Origin: Ophelia neglecta
Lineage: Eukaryota
Reading direction: 5' to 3'
Assembly (NCBI GenBank): GCA_965285935.1
Contig: OZ260661.1
Location: forward strand, 60,574,001 to 60,638,000
Length of the DNA: 64,000 bases
In this document: piece by piece, positions 12,928 to 25,100 of the stretch
How positions within the stretch are numbered: position 1 is the stretch's first letter
Layout of the letters: each line of letters opens with the position of its first letter
Notes under the pieces: model-generated
Database searches by the model: none
What the model saw: only the letters and a program-made list of their open reading frames with translations
Told to the model about the DNA's origin: nothing
Translations under genes and position numbers: made by a program

Positions 12928-14401
12928 TGGTTTTTATAAACAGTTATTATCATTTTGAATATCCATGGAAACGCCAATCCAAGTCACTTCTAAGCACCCC
13001 TCACTGGGTAATATCCCGGCAGCAAATATTTGAAGTGGTTTAACATAGAAAATCGCCTTCATAACATGTCTGCTGGCCATTAATTAAACATTTACCTTAA
13101 AATGCGGGCATATAGGAAAGGAAGATCCGTTCTGACATGGGGCTGACCCATTTGACAAAGCCCTGGGTGATTTTATTCAATTTCTAGACGCGGTTGCATG
13201 CATAAGAATGTTTTCATTATAATATGATAATAGAACGAGGCTTTAATGTGGGACGGAGATGTCATTAGAGGTTGTTATAATTAGGGAAACAAAGCAATAA
13301 ATCTATTAGCATCCCCCACGTGACTTATGCATTGCACATTTCCAGTATGGCACTTGGACAGGACTGTCTTTGAGTAAGACTTTCCTTGTGACAGCAGACG
13401 AACTTACACTTTAAAGCAGATGGTAGTCGAGATCTTACAACCGTTATTTTGACAAAAGGTGGGTTATTCTTAAATATACTTATTTCATTGTAGGTGTATT
13501 ATATGTTCTCTCTTTTAGAAATGTTTATCCATGATTGATTTCTCCTCAAATACAGACTTATAGACCCCTGTAAGCCTACTTCCATGCTACAGATTACCGA
13601 TTACAAGTCGTGAACAATATATTTCTGTCCATGTTCACCCCACCAAACCTATCAGATTGACATGTCAATTCGTTTTATTTCAATAATCACTTACGAAATT
13701 TAAGCAACAATTGTGTGGGTGCTTGAATGAACCTACCAACTTTAAGATAGTTATCTTCTCAATAGTTTCACCACAATCTTAACATAAGTCGGTGAGGCAA
13801 ATGCACATTTTAATCTGGGCCAAAGGAATTGATGCAAAGTCTATCCACTTGATTGAGTTGGAGTTCGATCTGCCGTGAAATGTCGATGCCGGTTGGTGGC
13901 ATACAGGACTACACCACTCTGTTTATCGAGTTGATCTGGAAGAAAGGTCGGGGAACATAGTCATAAACATCGTCTGTTAACCCCAATATATGGCAGCGAA
14001 CAACCGACAGAATATCCAAACTGCTCTTCATAATATGTCAGGTAGTGTGGAATAAATAGAAATGCGATCTAGCGTCATTGTTTGGGAAGATATAGACAAT
14101 AAGTCTACCGTATAAATAAGTAAAGGTTTGACTCAGACCACCTTTGGACAGAGCACCCTGCTCCGGTGTCTGTAGGCCCCAACTCAATAATGGGAATCTC
14201 TGAGCCATCCATGGTTTTAATTGAAATCAGACAAGCTAGCTCAACTACAAATAAAGTTAAGATAAGAAAATCACGCGCTTGATTTCTGTGCCTTGTGATG
14301 ATTAAATAAGTCAAAAGCTACAGCCCAGACTATTTCAGGCAAAAACAGAAATCTTAAGTTAAATATCTAATAATAATAAGGCAAGAATATTGCAATTGCG
14401 A

Positions 14402-14443
14402 GCAACCTCAAAGTTTGGAGTTGCAACCTGAAAGTTTGGAGTT
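14402..14443. repeat. 21-bp tandem duplication (2 copies, 1 mismatch)
   Basis: GCAACCTCAAAGTTTGGAGTT followed directly by GCAACCTGAAAGTTTGGAGTT. Confidence 0.9.
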
Positions 14444-15710
14444 ATCTATTAATATGTATGTCATTCTTTCCTTGTTATTTTTCATTGATGATTCTGACCT
14501 TATTATTTTGTGATACATTGACACAAAGGATGACTTTGATCTTCTGATTGTATTAAACAAAGTTTCTGAACTAATCCATTGTCAAATTGTTACATTTTGT
14601 CAGTTTCTAAGGACAGCAGTAAACATAGCAACATATTCTGACAATTTTCCAAACTGTCATGTTTCTCCGAATTGGCAAGAGGTTATAGCTATAAGTAAAT
14701 AACCGTGATGCTTATTTATCTTGTGATTTAAAGCCATGGTTGCTCATATGCAATACAATTTTCATCTCTCCCCTTATGCATCTGACCTCCATGTACCACC
14801 TGACGAAGTGGCCTAGTAAATGAAATAGGCCTAGGCAATCAAGTGAACCAACAAAGATGATATTAATAGAGGTCTTGAGCGTTGAGAATTTCCAGGTATT
14901 CCCCTGCTATGTTGAGTGAAAGCTTCCCATCGAGCAGGACTGTGAGTGAATTCTTTCTGGAACTAGCTGCATCAACTTCCCCAGGTTATATGCCTTCAAA
15001 ATCTTAAGCTACACCAGCAGAGGAGGCACAGGGAGCTCATCAGATAAGGTGAGAGGGGCGAGATTTCTCGGGGAGGAGGAGGCACGAGGTACTAGTCGGC
15101 TGGCAGTTTTGACAGTGCCACAACACAAAATGAGAAGGTCAGGGGTTATGTGTAGGCTCTCACTTTCTACCTCCCCGCTGACAGCTCGCTGGCTCTCAAC
15201 ACCCAGCATCATAGAGGGGCCATATCACAAGCTACCTCTAGCCAGATAAACATGGCACGTCAGCAGAAGTTACCTAATAATTCATACAAGTCAAAGACCC
15301 GGATCCCCAATTAGTGAAATTAAAAACAAAATGGTACAATCTTCTAATCACATATTCCAGATACAAACAACATTGCTCCTAAATTCGTTCCCTTCGGAAG
15401 AGAGTGTAAAACCGAACTATATACATGCACGTGAAAGCCTATATTATTATAAAACCTTCATGTAGAACTATAGGGATTATTTTGATTAATTTAGTATTAA
15501 ACAAAAGAGTATAAATAAAACCCAACCCATGTCTAGACATATGCTGTGATTTTAAAACAATAGTCCAATGCAAATAGGACAAGATTTTCTAAACTTTAAA
15601 ATCTAATTTGACTTCGATTGCACTAATATTTCAATGCACATAATTCACTTCCTAAATTTACATTTACCATGATTTAAAGTAACCATCTTGTTTTAATTAG
15701 AATAACTTAC

Positions 15711-15795
15711 CTCCCAGATGGTGTGATCTATAACTGAGATATATAGTACAGGGTCAAAGGTCACTACTTGAAATTAAGTCGAGCTGTCATAAAAA
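15711..15795 (-). other. Candidate non-coding (Hox3 5' leader) exon, 85 nt
   Basis: Acceptor CTATCATTTTCCTAG| (15798-15796) and donor GAG|GTAAGT (GT 15710-15709). Splice signals only. Confidence 0.3.
15751..15763 (+). promoter_or_regulatory. Perfect DR1 nuclear-receptor element GGGTCA-A-AGGTCA
   Basis: Exact match to the RGGTCA n1 RGGTCA consensus bound by RXR/COUP-TF/HNF4-class receptors. Confidence 0.5.
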
Positions 15796-16782
15796 CTAGG
15801 AAAATGATAGATGCATTAGTCACAATACAAAGCAGGCACAATTAACGTCGAAGAAGGACGTGTACACGCAATATATCCTATGGGTGAAACGAGACATATG
15901 TGCTCACAAATTAACAGCACACTTACGTGTTCTCATCACCGAGATATAGCTAGCTATGTATTGGTACGAACGTCTTGCAAATGGTGGACACTAAACTCTG
16001 TAAAATAGGTCTGATCAGAATGATACTGCCGTAGGCCATTGGCAGAACTTTACAAGAATGTATTGACATCCGCCAATTAAATACATTATTTTAGTAGTCC
16101 TAGTCGGCCACGTGCTATATGAACCTACAAACAGACTGAGGGTATCTCACATATAAATAGTCTACTCTTAACAACCTGAGTGCAAAAAGTATCACAGCAC
16201 TTAATTGTTATGCATTTATTAGTTTGAGTGCATGCTACGAGCAGTTTAATGATATACACATATTTCTATCAGTAGGTCTATGAGACGCCAGGGGCAAGAG
16301 CTAGGCTCGGATCATGTTCAGGTTCATTAACATACTTCTAGTATACACTAAAATACTGCCGGGCACACATAAGTGAACGGAAAACAGAAATTGGCATTTA
16401 TATCTTAGAAAAACGAGAATGCTCTTTAAATAGACCTAGATTCTATAAGATCAAAAGTCAACTTGCCCAGACTTTTCTTATTCAATTTGTTGGTAAAACC
16501 ACGTGTAATGAGTTATTCATTTCTCAACAGAATAATAGTTCCTCCAGGAACTCAAATGTTCCCTCTGCCGAACTCTTTATAATCGATCTTTTCCACAGTT
16601 TGATTAATTTCAATGTATTAATACTTGGCTTGATTAGCACGCCTCAGCGAGTTCGTGCTGTCCGCTTATTGACGAAACAGCAGAAAGCTGGTGTTGGTCT
16701 CCTGCTAAGAATAACAATCAGACCAGGACGTAAAACATGCAATTATATCAGGTAGAAAATACAAAACCCGCGCTTCAACATG

Positions 16783-16824
16783 GCAGCTGACTGACAGCAA
16801 CATTGACACGGGATTGTCAGCTGC
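16783..16824. promoter_or_regulatory. Symmetric TALE/E-box module
   Basis: 9-bp perfect inverted repeat GCAGCTGAC...GTCAGCTGC, each arm containing a CAGCTG E-box. It includes the Pbx-Meis decamer TGACTGACAG (16788-16797) and further TGACA sites. Confidence 0.4.
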
Positions 16825-17249
16825 AAAACCCAGGGGATGCATACTGATGAACTGATTCATATTGCTAATTCTATACCTGGACAATTCTTGTGTATCGCCT
16901 CCGCTACCTGATCAAAGAAATGTGAAGATCAAAGAGGCATATATGCAAAGAAATGATGCATGTAGTTCGCGATTTATTCTAGTTTATTGAGCCTTCAATA
17001 GTAAATAATAGTACCGTCAGAAAGTTTGAATATTAAATTATAAATGGCCATAAACGTGTGTGGCAATAAGACTTTCAAACATCACACTATTATGAAAGAA
17101 AGATGCGTATCTAAAATATTTTGCCCATTTTAAAACCATCCACTGGAGTGACAGCATTCTTTTTATGCCCACAGCTTTCGCGAATAGAACCCTTGTGGTA
17201 ATCTACCTTGACGACTTTTAAACTTGTCAAAGTGTCACACTGCCACTGG

Positions 17250-17282
17250 TACTGACACCTGGTGGGCACATTAGGAACTAGG
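17250..17282 (-). promoter_or_regulatory. Candidate CTCF site with upstream module
   Basis: Minus strand CCTAGTTCC-TAATG-TGCCCACCAGGTGTCAGTA. The core differs from CCACCAGGTGGCAG by one base and has a U-motif-like element 5 nt upstream. Confidence 0.45.
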
Positions 17283-18143
17283 GAGGTACAGGTCCATTTC
17301 GCCGTTAGACATAGTATAAATACTTAACGGTGAATAATAGTCTATTTAGGGAATCTCCTCCTAAGTACCAAAAAACATAAACAGAAAAAGTCCGGGAGAA
17401 AAAGATTAAGCTGAGAAATCATTCCCAAATATCCCGACCAATGGTGCCAGATGTCTACACAAAAATGAAGAGAAGACCCCATTTCACAAGTATGCAGCAC
17501 CGCCATGGGGAATTTAAATCAATTTTGCAATGTTTACATTTGCTGAATAGCAACATATCGTGGGAGCAGAGACGATATCACAGACACTAAAACAAACCCC
17601 TGTGCATGTTTAGTTAATAAATCTAATTAAGCAAAGCAGCCACAGTCAAAATGCCAGCTTGGCCTACCAACTGTTGGAGAGAGGCACACCTGGCGTCTGT
17701 TGTCAGTGACAGAAGGGGCGCGGGGCCGCTGTGAACACTCCAAATGTACGTACACAGACTACGGGAGCAAATCCCTATTAAAACTCCCTCTGGAGTTACA
17801 ACGAATGGAAGCCAATTTAGGTTTTCTCAGAAGGAGAAAAATTTATTTGAATTATTGGCAATTCATAACCCAGTATGTTGAAACTAAAGTTATAAGAATG
17901 CTTTTCACTAATGTTTAAACAATGTTTTTCTTTCCTATTTTGATATTCCTAGGCGTATATTATTAATATCTACTATAATATGTAATCGAAATATATTTGT
18001 TTATAAAAAACAAATTTGCATACATGCGAATATACTAGAGGGAGGGGCGAGTTGGTAATTTCACATAGACTCGACAAATGTAATAAGTTGTAGTCTATGC
18101 AGGAAAGCAGTTTTGTATCTGCAGCCATGATAAGCGAACTTTG

Positions 18144-18176
18144 CGTAGTTTTCTCGCCATGTAACAGGGGGCGCTA
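18144..18176 (+). promoter_or_regulatory. Candidate CTCF site (weaker 5' core)
   Basis: CGTAGTTTT-CTCGC-CATGTAACAGGGGGCGCTA. The 3' 12 nt (CAGGGGGCGCTA) match consensus and a U-like motif has the same 5-nt spacing, but the CC of the core is absent. Confidence 0.3.
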
Positions 18177-18716
18177 CGACACAGAATAGAGTTAGTAGAA
18201 GACCTATAACTTTTACATCCTGGTTAACAGCCCTCCCGTTATTTATTTACTAGAATGATCATGTCCAAATAGCTTTGCCATATCCGATATAAATGCATCT
18301 ATGTTAAATAACAGTTTTAAATATACAAGGAACTTTATTGATCACCGCGCACACTTCGTGGTAGATGATCACCTTGTATATTTTAAACGTTTGCATTGCT
18401 TGTCATATTAACTACCGATGTCAGATATACATATAGGCTAGAACATGTTCCTATACTTGCATATTATTAACTAAAATCTTGAATTAAAAAAATCAAACCT
18501 TGAAAGTAACCATTACAAATGTATGTTCTTTCACGTTAGTTGAAGCATACCTGGTCTGTTATCTTAATATTTTTGGGAAGGTCTGTTTTTGATTTAATTT
18601 GTTCTATGTGTATCTTAAAGAGGACGGGACTCATATCGTAAACATTGACGGCTTCACCCATTTCTACTTTTACCGCCACTTCTTTTAAATTCAGAGAAAA
18701 GTAAATGTAAACTTAC

Positions 18717-18756
18717 CAGTTATATGATGGTAAAACTCAAATCAACACGTTTCTGT
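18717..18756 (-). other. Candidate non-coding micro-exon, 40 nt
   Basis: TGTTTTATCCTTTCCAG|ACAGAA...AACTG|GTAAGTTT. Splice signals only. Confidence 0.3.
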
Positions 18757-21700
18757 CTGGAAAGGATAAAACATAATTATAAGTTTAAAGTACTGGATTG
18801 ATTTGTGGTCGCGTTAGAAACATGTAGGCCTATTTACTATTAATGGTTTAGCCGGAAATTGACATTTTAAAATAGGGTAAAATTTACTATTAACAAGAAT
18901 AATTAAATGCGAAAAATGTTAAATTATTTATGTATGATAAAATATTCATACAAGGCTAACCAAAAATTCTATCTTGTTTTTCATAACTGATGTTAATAAA
19001 CCCCTTGTTTAGACAAAAAAGTCCATGTCAGGTGCATTGAAATGTAAATTGATTGTTAATAACCTTGAAATAAACCCATTTAATAAGCCAGTATAACACG
19101 TGATTATGGACCTTCACTTGCACTTTACATTTAAATCAAAGGTACCAAAGACGGCCCAGGCCAGGCCTTGGCACATCTATGGAGTGACAATCACCGCCGC
19201 GAGTGAGTGGGATGGGTCAATGACACTGACTGTGAGGAATGGGCCTCTAACGACCGATTACAAGTCTTTAACCCAATTCTAGGATCTTACCCCAAATACT
19301 CCTCGCAAATGGGTCTATTTTACAATAAGGCCAGTAGGTCATTATGGCAACTTAATGGTTTGTTTAGGTTTTACCTATTCATTAATGATGCTGGCTCGGT
19401 GGAATATACGCTAAAGCAAACTTTAAAATAAAATTACCGGCCCATGCCAATCTATGCCAAGACTAGGCCGGCAGTTTGGCAAATTTACTTGGCACCTTAA
19501 CACTAGGAGAAATCACAGATTGTCCATTTAATAGGTCTTCTACTCGAGATGCTATCCAGGAACACTGCTCCAAATGTTGATCTTTAACAGCAAAATAGGA
19601 CAGCAGGCCGGCCAATTATTTTATTTGATTCTCTTGAGAGCCGGGGTAATACAGGGGGCACGTTTCTTTATTCCCACTTCCAAGTATAATTTACCAGATC
19701 TTGACCCGTTGCAGCGGGAAGAATTAGAATAATCGCGAGATCTCGAGTGTAGTCCCAAATGGGGTTCCGACTAAATGGAAATGTATCAAGTATTTGATTA
19801 TATTTTTAAACTTTCGTCACTTGGGGAAATGGTAAAAGATTGGATCCCAAATAGATATACGTTGACACATAGGACAAAAATGATTAATATCGAGGAAAGC
19901 TTAGTGACGTTAGAGAGAGGGTCTCGAGGGTATCTTTTCTAAGCACCCTCGAGAAAGAAACGGGAAATTATGCTAGTACATTTTTGACGGACAAAGTCTG
20001 ATAATGTCACCTTACATGCATGCCGGCTCTCCATAGATAGGCTATAAATGTCGGAGATGAAACTGAAGTGACATATTTCAATAACATATTCATTCAGGAA
20101 GGGACTTCGTTAGCGGGAGGCTGAATGCGCGATCACGGGTTTTGCTCGTCTCCGCATGAATATATTCATGAGACTTCGATGTTTCTTTTGTTAAAGTTGC
20201 TTTCGCTGAATATTACTAGTTTAAACATTAACTGGTACCCACATTTTACGATGCTTTGTCTGTCTAATCGCTAAAATATGAACACAGAATGCCCCGTATC
20301 ATAAATTTCGTTGTTGTTGGAACTAAATTACCCGCCATTGGAGGCTGTTTGCCGCCATGTTGACTTGAACTGCCTTTAGCCTATAAACACTTGACCTACA
20401 AAGTTAATAGTTGCTGATGACGTGCATTGTCGCTGTTCTTGCTTGTTTTATTGTCACATAAAAACATCAACAGATCAGTTAAAAACAAAACTTTGAGTTA
20501 AAAAGATCAAACATGCCTCATTTCGTTGTTTTAACAAATAGCTGACCTTTACCCTCTGCGCTGCATACTTGGCGACCTGCCCTATTTAAGCACAGTGTAA
20601 ACATTGCAAACAGCCATTTTGGTTTTGTTGAGTTGTATAACATGATTTTTAGCTAATGAAGCTTGATAAAACAGACGAATTTGCGTAAATATGAGGTGAG
20701 TGAGTTAAAGAAATAAGTTATCTTCGTTTGTCGACTACAAAATGCATAAACAAATTCTGCTCCGCTACCCACATTTGATAATAATATGAGCTAAATAGTC
20801 TATTTCAGAGAGACAAAATCTTAAATACTAGATACATTAAGTCATTTTTTTCACAGTATTCCATCCTGCCTAACTTAATTGTACATATTCTGACATGTTA
20901 AATCCCAGTAACAAGCATAATGTAGTTCTGGTAGCAGTTTAATGTAGCCGAGTCGCTTTAGTTTGGGATCACTTGCCACTTTCAGTCTCAGCAGTCTTGT
21001 GCACCGTCCACAACTTATCGATCGACTTTGGAAAGAATGACAGAAAATGACAAAATTTCTAAATTGAGTTTGCATCCTAGGTGCCTAGGGGACCGACTCG
21101 GCTTGTTCAGATTTTGTCCAGATCAAACCCGAATCGAACGCCCAGTGTTATTATGCATTTATGGGAGCGACAGAAATCGCAGGAAGGGAGTAGCTGAGAG
21201 CATCCACCCTAATTTACTTGTCAAGCCCATTTGGTCGCTGCTGGACTCCCGGGAGCTGGGCTAACGCTCATGAGAACCTTCAGAAATGACAAAGTTTAAG
21301 CAAATATTGCTGTCGGTTTATTGTGACTAATAACAGAGATTATAATCGAAATACGACGGGTGAGCTACTTTGTAGATTGACAATTTACCATGGAAACAGC
21401 GTCCTTATCCACAAAATATTAATAGACTAAATTGCCCTAATGAGACAAATTGCAATATGCCAGGCAACTCGCAATTTGCAGATATGATGAAAGCATGAAG
21501 TTGTGACAAGTCTATTAAACGTTCGTCACCGACCGCACCACCCAACTACTCTAAAGTCTTAGCTTAGAAACAGATATCAGCCAAAATAAAACCAGTCATC
21601 AATATATCATTCAGGCAATCCACTAATCAATCTATTTGTCCATCAGGTAAATGAGCATAATTATTAATATTTTAGTAGTGATAACAGGGTATTTAATTAC

Positions 21701-22054
21701 ACAAATTGCTATATTGTTTGCTGATATTTTCAGTGAACACATATTGTCATCAATGACAGATAGGTACAAATTACGCCTTTCATTACAGATATGAATTAAT
21801 ATTTTTACGAATAATATGGAAATAGATAGGATTACATGCGAATGCGAAGGGGCTTGACAACTATCAATATAACCGGGGATTTCAATTCCTAATTTTCTTT
21901 AAAACCATTGAGCTCTGAAAGCTATTTCGATAATATATGAAGCATTATTGCACTAAATAATTTGCAACGAAATTTTAAATCACCTAAGTTACAGGCTTTT
22001 GCCCTGTTTTGGTACACTGTGCAAGTGCTTTAATTATTTATTTAATTTTTTCAT

Positions 22055-22078
22055 GGGGTGTGGGGGGGGGGGCGGGGG
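22055..22078 (+). repeat. G-tract, G-quadruplex-capable
   Basis: GGGGTGT-G11-C-GGGGG. Confidence 0.7.
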
Positions 22079-24036
22079 TAAGCCATCTTTCAACCGCAAA
22101 TAGTATTCGAAAATATGTATTTTCATTGAATTTATCTATTTTGTTATCATCGAATGTCGGATGATTTGTTTTTACTTTTAGGCTGAATCACCCTTTGGTA
22201 TAATATTCTTATTAAGAAGAATATTATTGAAGCAGGAGGATGGTGAGAGAGCTAGCAGCAGATGACATGTGAATATTTGATGTTCAGACGACAGATGCAT
22301 AGACGCAGGCTGTTTAGCTGGTGTCAAAGAAACTAAGGTTTGAGAAAGGTTGTCTTCACTGACTGAATCTCATCATGTTGCTTTCAAGCGGCAGGAACTG
22401 GTGAATTTTTGCCTTTGTTGCTTAAATTAGAGGTTGATAGGGCATAGACACAGTTGACATGTCGCATTAAAACCTGTCTAAATGCGGACTTAAACGAATT
22501 TGATGCAGCCAAAGAAAATAACGGTTTGCTTGTTCGAGTTTGGCATGGATTCGCATTCAGCTGATATTATCTGAAGTGTGTTGGTATAAAGAGTAAAACT
22601 ATCAATTTAAATTTGAAATCGAACACTTCTCTATCCATTAAAAAGGGGAAATTTCGATAATAGAATTTACAAAATGGGCAGCAGGGCATAGAAATTTAAG
22701 ATCAATGCAGAATTGATCCCTTCAATTAACCTAGTTCGAGTCTCAAATTCAGGCATGTACTTAATATTTCCAAAGGGCATGTCATCTTTCAAGTTAAAAT
22801 TAGGTGACAAAAAATTGACAATTTGATGCGTCAGGGAGTGTGGTAAATGCTCCCAGGAATCTGAAAAGATATAGCAAGCTTGAGAGGGAGGTTTTATATT
22901 TTGCAGTTGGTGGGCAATGCCTTTGTTGTTGTTGACTCCCCATCGTGCCTATAGCTCCATACCAGCTGGGTCCTGAACTGAAACGAGGCACGGGGCCACG
23001 AGGTTGAAAGATAAAACAGGCCATGACAGATAAGAGAGAATCTGATCCAGAAAGCCGGGCGTTTCACTGGCCTATTCCTGGCAGTTTCAGGGGAAGGGCA
23101 TGTGTTAGAGATTTAGCTGGTTACTATGTTGCCGGCCGGGGTATCGCCTATGGATGTTCTCATAGGTGTGTACTGACTTGCCTCTAGGCCATCGTCTGAC
23201 AAACTCCTGACCCACAACTGACCGTGGTATATTTTGGCCGGCCGGATTCATGCATGCAGCTTCCATGACAAGCTTGTGGCCATGATGATGGATCGGTCAG
23301 GTTCAAGGCATGTAGCCTGAGAATCCGTCGCCTGCTTGTATTTTCTCTATGATACCTATCACATGAGACCTCCTCAACGTGTAAACAAAGCTGACCACCT
23401 AGCGAGTGATCATAGTTCAAGACGGGCATCAATGAAAATTCACTTTCAATTCAAATCAATTCAATTAACTTTATAGCAGGTTAAATTAATAAGATCAACT
23501 CAAATAACAGAAAATTTAAATTTCTAAATTAAATTCGATGAGATCATTCTTACATTTAAATAATTTATTTAGATACAATTCAAATAGGAAATTCGCCGAG
23601 TATTCTTGATTATATAACGACATAAAAAATTACGGGAAATTATATGATATTTAAATATTAGGTAAAAAACTATGGTGATAAACTTGCAAATATATAGGAC
23701 CAATTAACTTTATGTGTTTTATATTTAAATGCACCAGACTGTATTTTCAGAGGAATAATTTATGAATCTTTATAGGAAAACATGAAAAAATAATTCCCTG
23801 CTTATATTATAATCTGATCAATACAAAGCATTGGCAATTTTTAATTAAGATTTGCTTATTAAATGATAGTGGTTAACTGGGTTAAGTTATATTCTGCTTA
23901 AATTTTACAGGCCCATCTTTTATTTTATATCGTTTCTGTATAAACATTTGTTCATATCCAAAGTTATATCAAACCAACTGTTTACAAGGAACTATATACG
24001 TTTAGGGATCAAACCAACAGAACGAAAATAAAGCGC

Positions 24037-24057
24037 TATATATATATATATATATAT
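24037..24057. repeat. (TA)10 microsatellite
   Basis: Direct reading of the sequence. Confidence 0.95.
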
Positions 24058-24871
24058 CTATTTGAGCTTGGGGGAAATAAAAATAAGGCCTTTTTATGCA
24101 TCATAAATATATAAAACCTAGAAGCCGCATAAATAGCACTTATGCTAATAGTTATTTGAAATAAATATAAAAGATGACATATCATTCATTCAGACCTATT
24201 CCTCATTTAATTGTGTAATGTTGTTTTATTTCATGGCGCAAACCACAAAATAATGATAGAAAAAAAGTTTGTTTAGACAACATAATAAAGAACATTTCGA
24301 TTTGCACAGGTTATCAAATTCCCAGTGTTAGGTACATTCCTTGTCTGTGTGTCTGCCAGTGTCTCGCAGGTCACATTTTAGTGGTGGTTTTTATGATCTG
24401 AAATTATATTGAGAATTTCCCCAGTTTATATCGGTCCACCATATCGCTCGTAAAAGCGACCATGTCAATCACGACTTCCAATGATCAAGTGCAATTTTAA
24501 TTATAGTGTTTAGAGTAGGGGTCATAAAAGCTTGGATATTTGTTCATGCGCCTGCCCTGTGAATGGGCAATAATAGTTAGGACATAGCGAGCCGGGATAG
24601 AGAGGCTATTTAGTGAAATGTTTGTCAATCAGGAAGACCACATTAGCAATGCACCTCTCGACTCCTCAATCCCCAGGCCGCTGAGATTTAAATATTTCCC
24701 ATTGTACTTGTTAAAGCTATACTATTTCCAATAATTGGCAGTCTGTGGTGGGACTTAATGTCTGAATAATTCAGCTTCGAAAGAGGACTACAAACAGTGC
24801 GTTATATGCTGTGTGTATTCATATATATTGAATGCCTCTTAAAATACATTATTTCGTTTACACTGCAAAAT

Positions 24872-25100
24872 ATTATATTTGCCCTGCTGTACCGAGCCAA
24901 TATTATGTTTTTGGTCTTGTCTTTACGTCTGCCAATTAACTATAAAACTACTCGGATTTTAATTAAATTTGGTAAAACATATCATGACACCATGTCTCCA
25001 GTTGGTAGTTAAAATTGATAGTTTTACACAGGCTATAGGCAGCATTTCAAATGACCCAAATGCCCGTATCTCCGAAGTTATTGCGCAAAATTAAAATATG
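24872..25100 (+). mobile_element. Degenerate fragment resembling a Helentron-associated non-autonomous element (HINE/DINE-1/pearl-like)
   Basis: The block ...TATTATGTTTTTGGTCTTGTCTTTACGTCTGCCAATTAACTATAAAACTACTCGGATTTTAATTAAATTTGGTA... resembles the conserved block of these elements: a decayed (GTCT)n followed by AACTACT..GGATTTT..AAATTTGG. Recognised by pattern only; boundaries uncertain. Confidence 0.35.

Noticed and set aside
19922-19954. 10-bp perfect inverted repeat TCTCGAGGGT/ACCCTCGAGA (similar short ones at 48961-49012 and 58773-58807)
   Set aside because: Isolated short stems with no TSD, RNA-gene or splice context; plausible by chance. Rho-independent terminators do not apply to eukaryotic DNA.
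21682-21691. TACCCTGTTA on minus, a miR-10-family-like 5' start
   Set aside because: No complementary arm beyond ~8 bp, so no pre-miRNA hairpin.
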